The notes beneath the pieces are model-generated. The model did no database searches, was not told the DNA's origin, and saw nothing but the letters and a program-made list of their open reading frames with translations. From Brooklawnia sp. (lineage in GTDB: Bacteria > Actinomycetota > Actinomycetes > Propionibacteriales > Propionibacteriaceae), in NCBI GenBank assembly GCA_040767325.1, contig JAXGOU010000008.1, positions 4,934 through 68,933 of the forward strand: a DNA stretch of 64,000 nucleotides, written 5' to 3'. The position numbers were made by a program, and so were the translations under genes. Positions 62,918-64,000 of this stretch are shown here, piece by piece (position 1 is the first letter of the stretch; each line of letters opens with the position of its first letter).

Positions 62918-64000
62918 TCAGAAGTTGATCATGTGCCCGGAGATGCCGTGCACTGCCTCCTTGAGCGCCTCCGACAGGGTCGGGTGGGCGTGGACGACGC
63001 GAGCGACCTCGTCGGCAGTCAGGTCCCACTGCTGGGCCAACTGCAGTTCGGGCAGCAGTTCGGTGACGTCCGGGCCGATCATCGTCAGGCCGAGGATCTC
63101 GTTGTACTGCGCCTCGGCGACGACCTTCACGAAGCCGGTCGCGTCCCCCAGGCCCCAGGCCTTGCCATTCGCGGCGAACGGGAACTTGGCGACCTTGACG
63201 TCGTAGCCGGCGTCCTTGGCCTGCTGCTCGCTCAACCCGAAGGTGCCGATCTGCGGCTGGCAGTAGGTGGCGCGCGGGATCATCGTGTAGTTGACCGGCA
63301 TGGTCTCGGCGCCCGCGATGGTCTCGGCGGCCACCACACCCTGGGCCTCAGCAGTGTGGGCGAGCATCATCTTGGCGGTGACGTCGCCGATCGCGTAGAT
63401 GCCGGGCACGTTGGTGCGGCAGAAGTCGTCGATCGCGATGGCGCCGCGCTCGGTCAGCTCGACTCCGGTGGCGTCCAGGCCGTAGCCGTCCAGCCGCGGG
63501 GCGAAGCCCATGGCCTGCAGCATCTTGTCGGCCTCGAGCACCTGTTGGTCGCCGCCCTTGGCGGGCTCGATGGTGACCTTGACGCCCGACCCGGTGTCCT
63601 CGACGGTCTTCACGGCGGTGCTGGTGAGCACCTTGATGCCCAGCTTCTTGTAGGCCTTCAGCAGTTCGGCGCTGACCTCGGCGTCCTCGGTCGGCACCAT
63701 GCGATCGAGGTACTCGACGATGGTGACGTCCACGCCGTAGCTGTTCAGCACGTAGGCGAACTCAGTGCCGATGGCGCCCGAGCCACCGATGATGATCGAC
63801 GACGGCAACTGTTCGGCCAGGATCATCTCCTGGTAGGTCAGCACGTTGTCGGACTTCTGGGTGCCGGGCAGCAACTTGGCGGTGGCGCCGGTGGCGATGA
63901 TGCAGTTGTCGAAGGTGACGTCCTGGCTGGAGCCGTCCTCGGCGGCGACCTTGATGGTCTTGGCGTCTGTGAAGGTGCCCCAACCGTGCACCTCGGTGAT
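62918..64000 (-). CDS. lpdA: Dihydrolipoamide dehydrogenase (5' part outside window)
   Basis: [33 protein letters not shown]. Confidence 0.95.
   Translation of the reverse strand: MTEVHGWGTFTDAKTIKVAAEDGSSQDVTFDNCIIATGATAKLLPGTQKSDNVLTYQEMILAEQLPSSIIIGGSGAIGTEFAYVLNSYGVDVTIVEYLDRMVPTEDAEVSAELLKAYKKLGIKVLTSTAVKTVEDTGSGVKVTIEPAKGGDQQVLEADKMLQAMGFAPRLDGYGLDATGVELTERGAIAIDDFCRTNVPGIYAIGDVTAKMMLAHTAEAQGVVAAETIAGAETMPVNYTMIPRATYCQPQIGTFGLSEQQAKDAGYDVKVAKFPFAANGKAWGLGDATGFVKVVAEAQYNEILGLTMIGPDVTELLPELQLAQQWDLTADEVARVVHAHPTLSEALKEAVHGISGHMINF

Overview
High-GC actinobacterial chromosome segment (inferred Propionibacteriales-like) with about 60 genes, mostly transport, stress and housekeeping. I found no rRNA, tRNA, CRISPR array, transposase or integrase. 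The most interesting region is 4.1-14.6 kb. It holds a translationally coupled, type VII secretion (Esx)-like effector cassette: DUF4919-like, tandem YbaB/EbfC-like, WXG100-like, a WXG-like/HExxH zinc metallopeptidase, and a WD40 protein. A second, eroded copy of the cassette lies about 7 kb downstream. Between the copies is a Liv-type ABC transporter plus non-HemE URO-D-like enzyme operon. That operon is preceded by a 25-aa poly-cysteine leader peptide absent from the ORF track, a near-consensus promoter, a palindromic operator and a run of hairpins, which together suggest a cysteine-sensing sulfur-scavenging system. Other signals include paired REPIN/MITE-like elements (39.2-39.5 kb), a DnaA-box-like cluster (41.0 kb), catalytically altered GATase and HNH proteins, and many probable leaderless genes. 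Several frameshifts and clean internal deletions may be decay or long-read consensus error. All family assignments come from motif recognition by eye; no database search was run.
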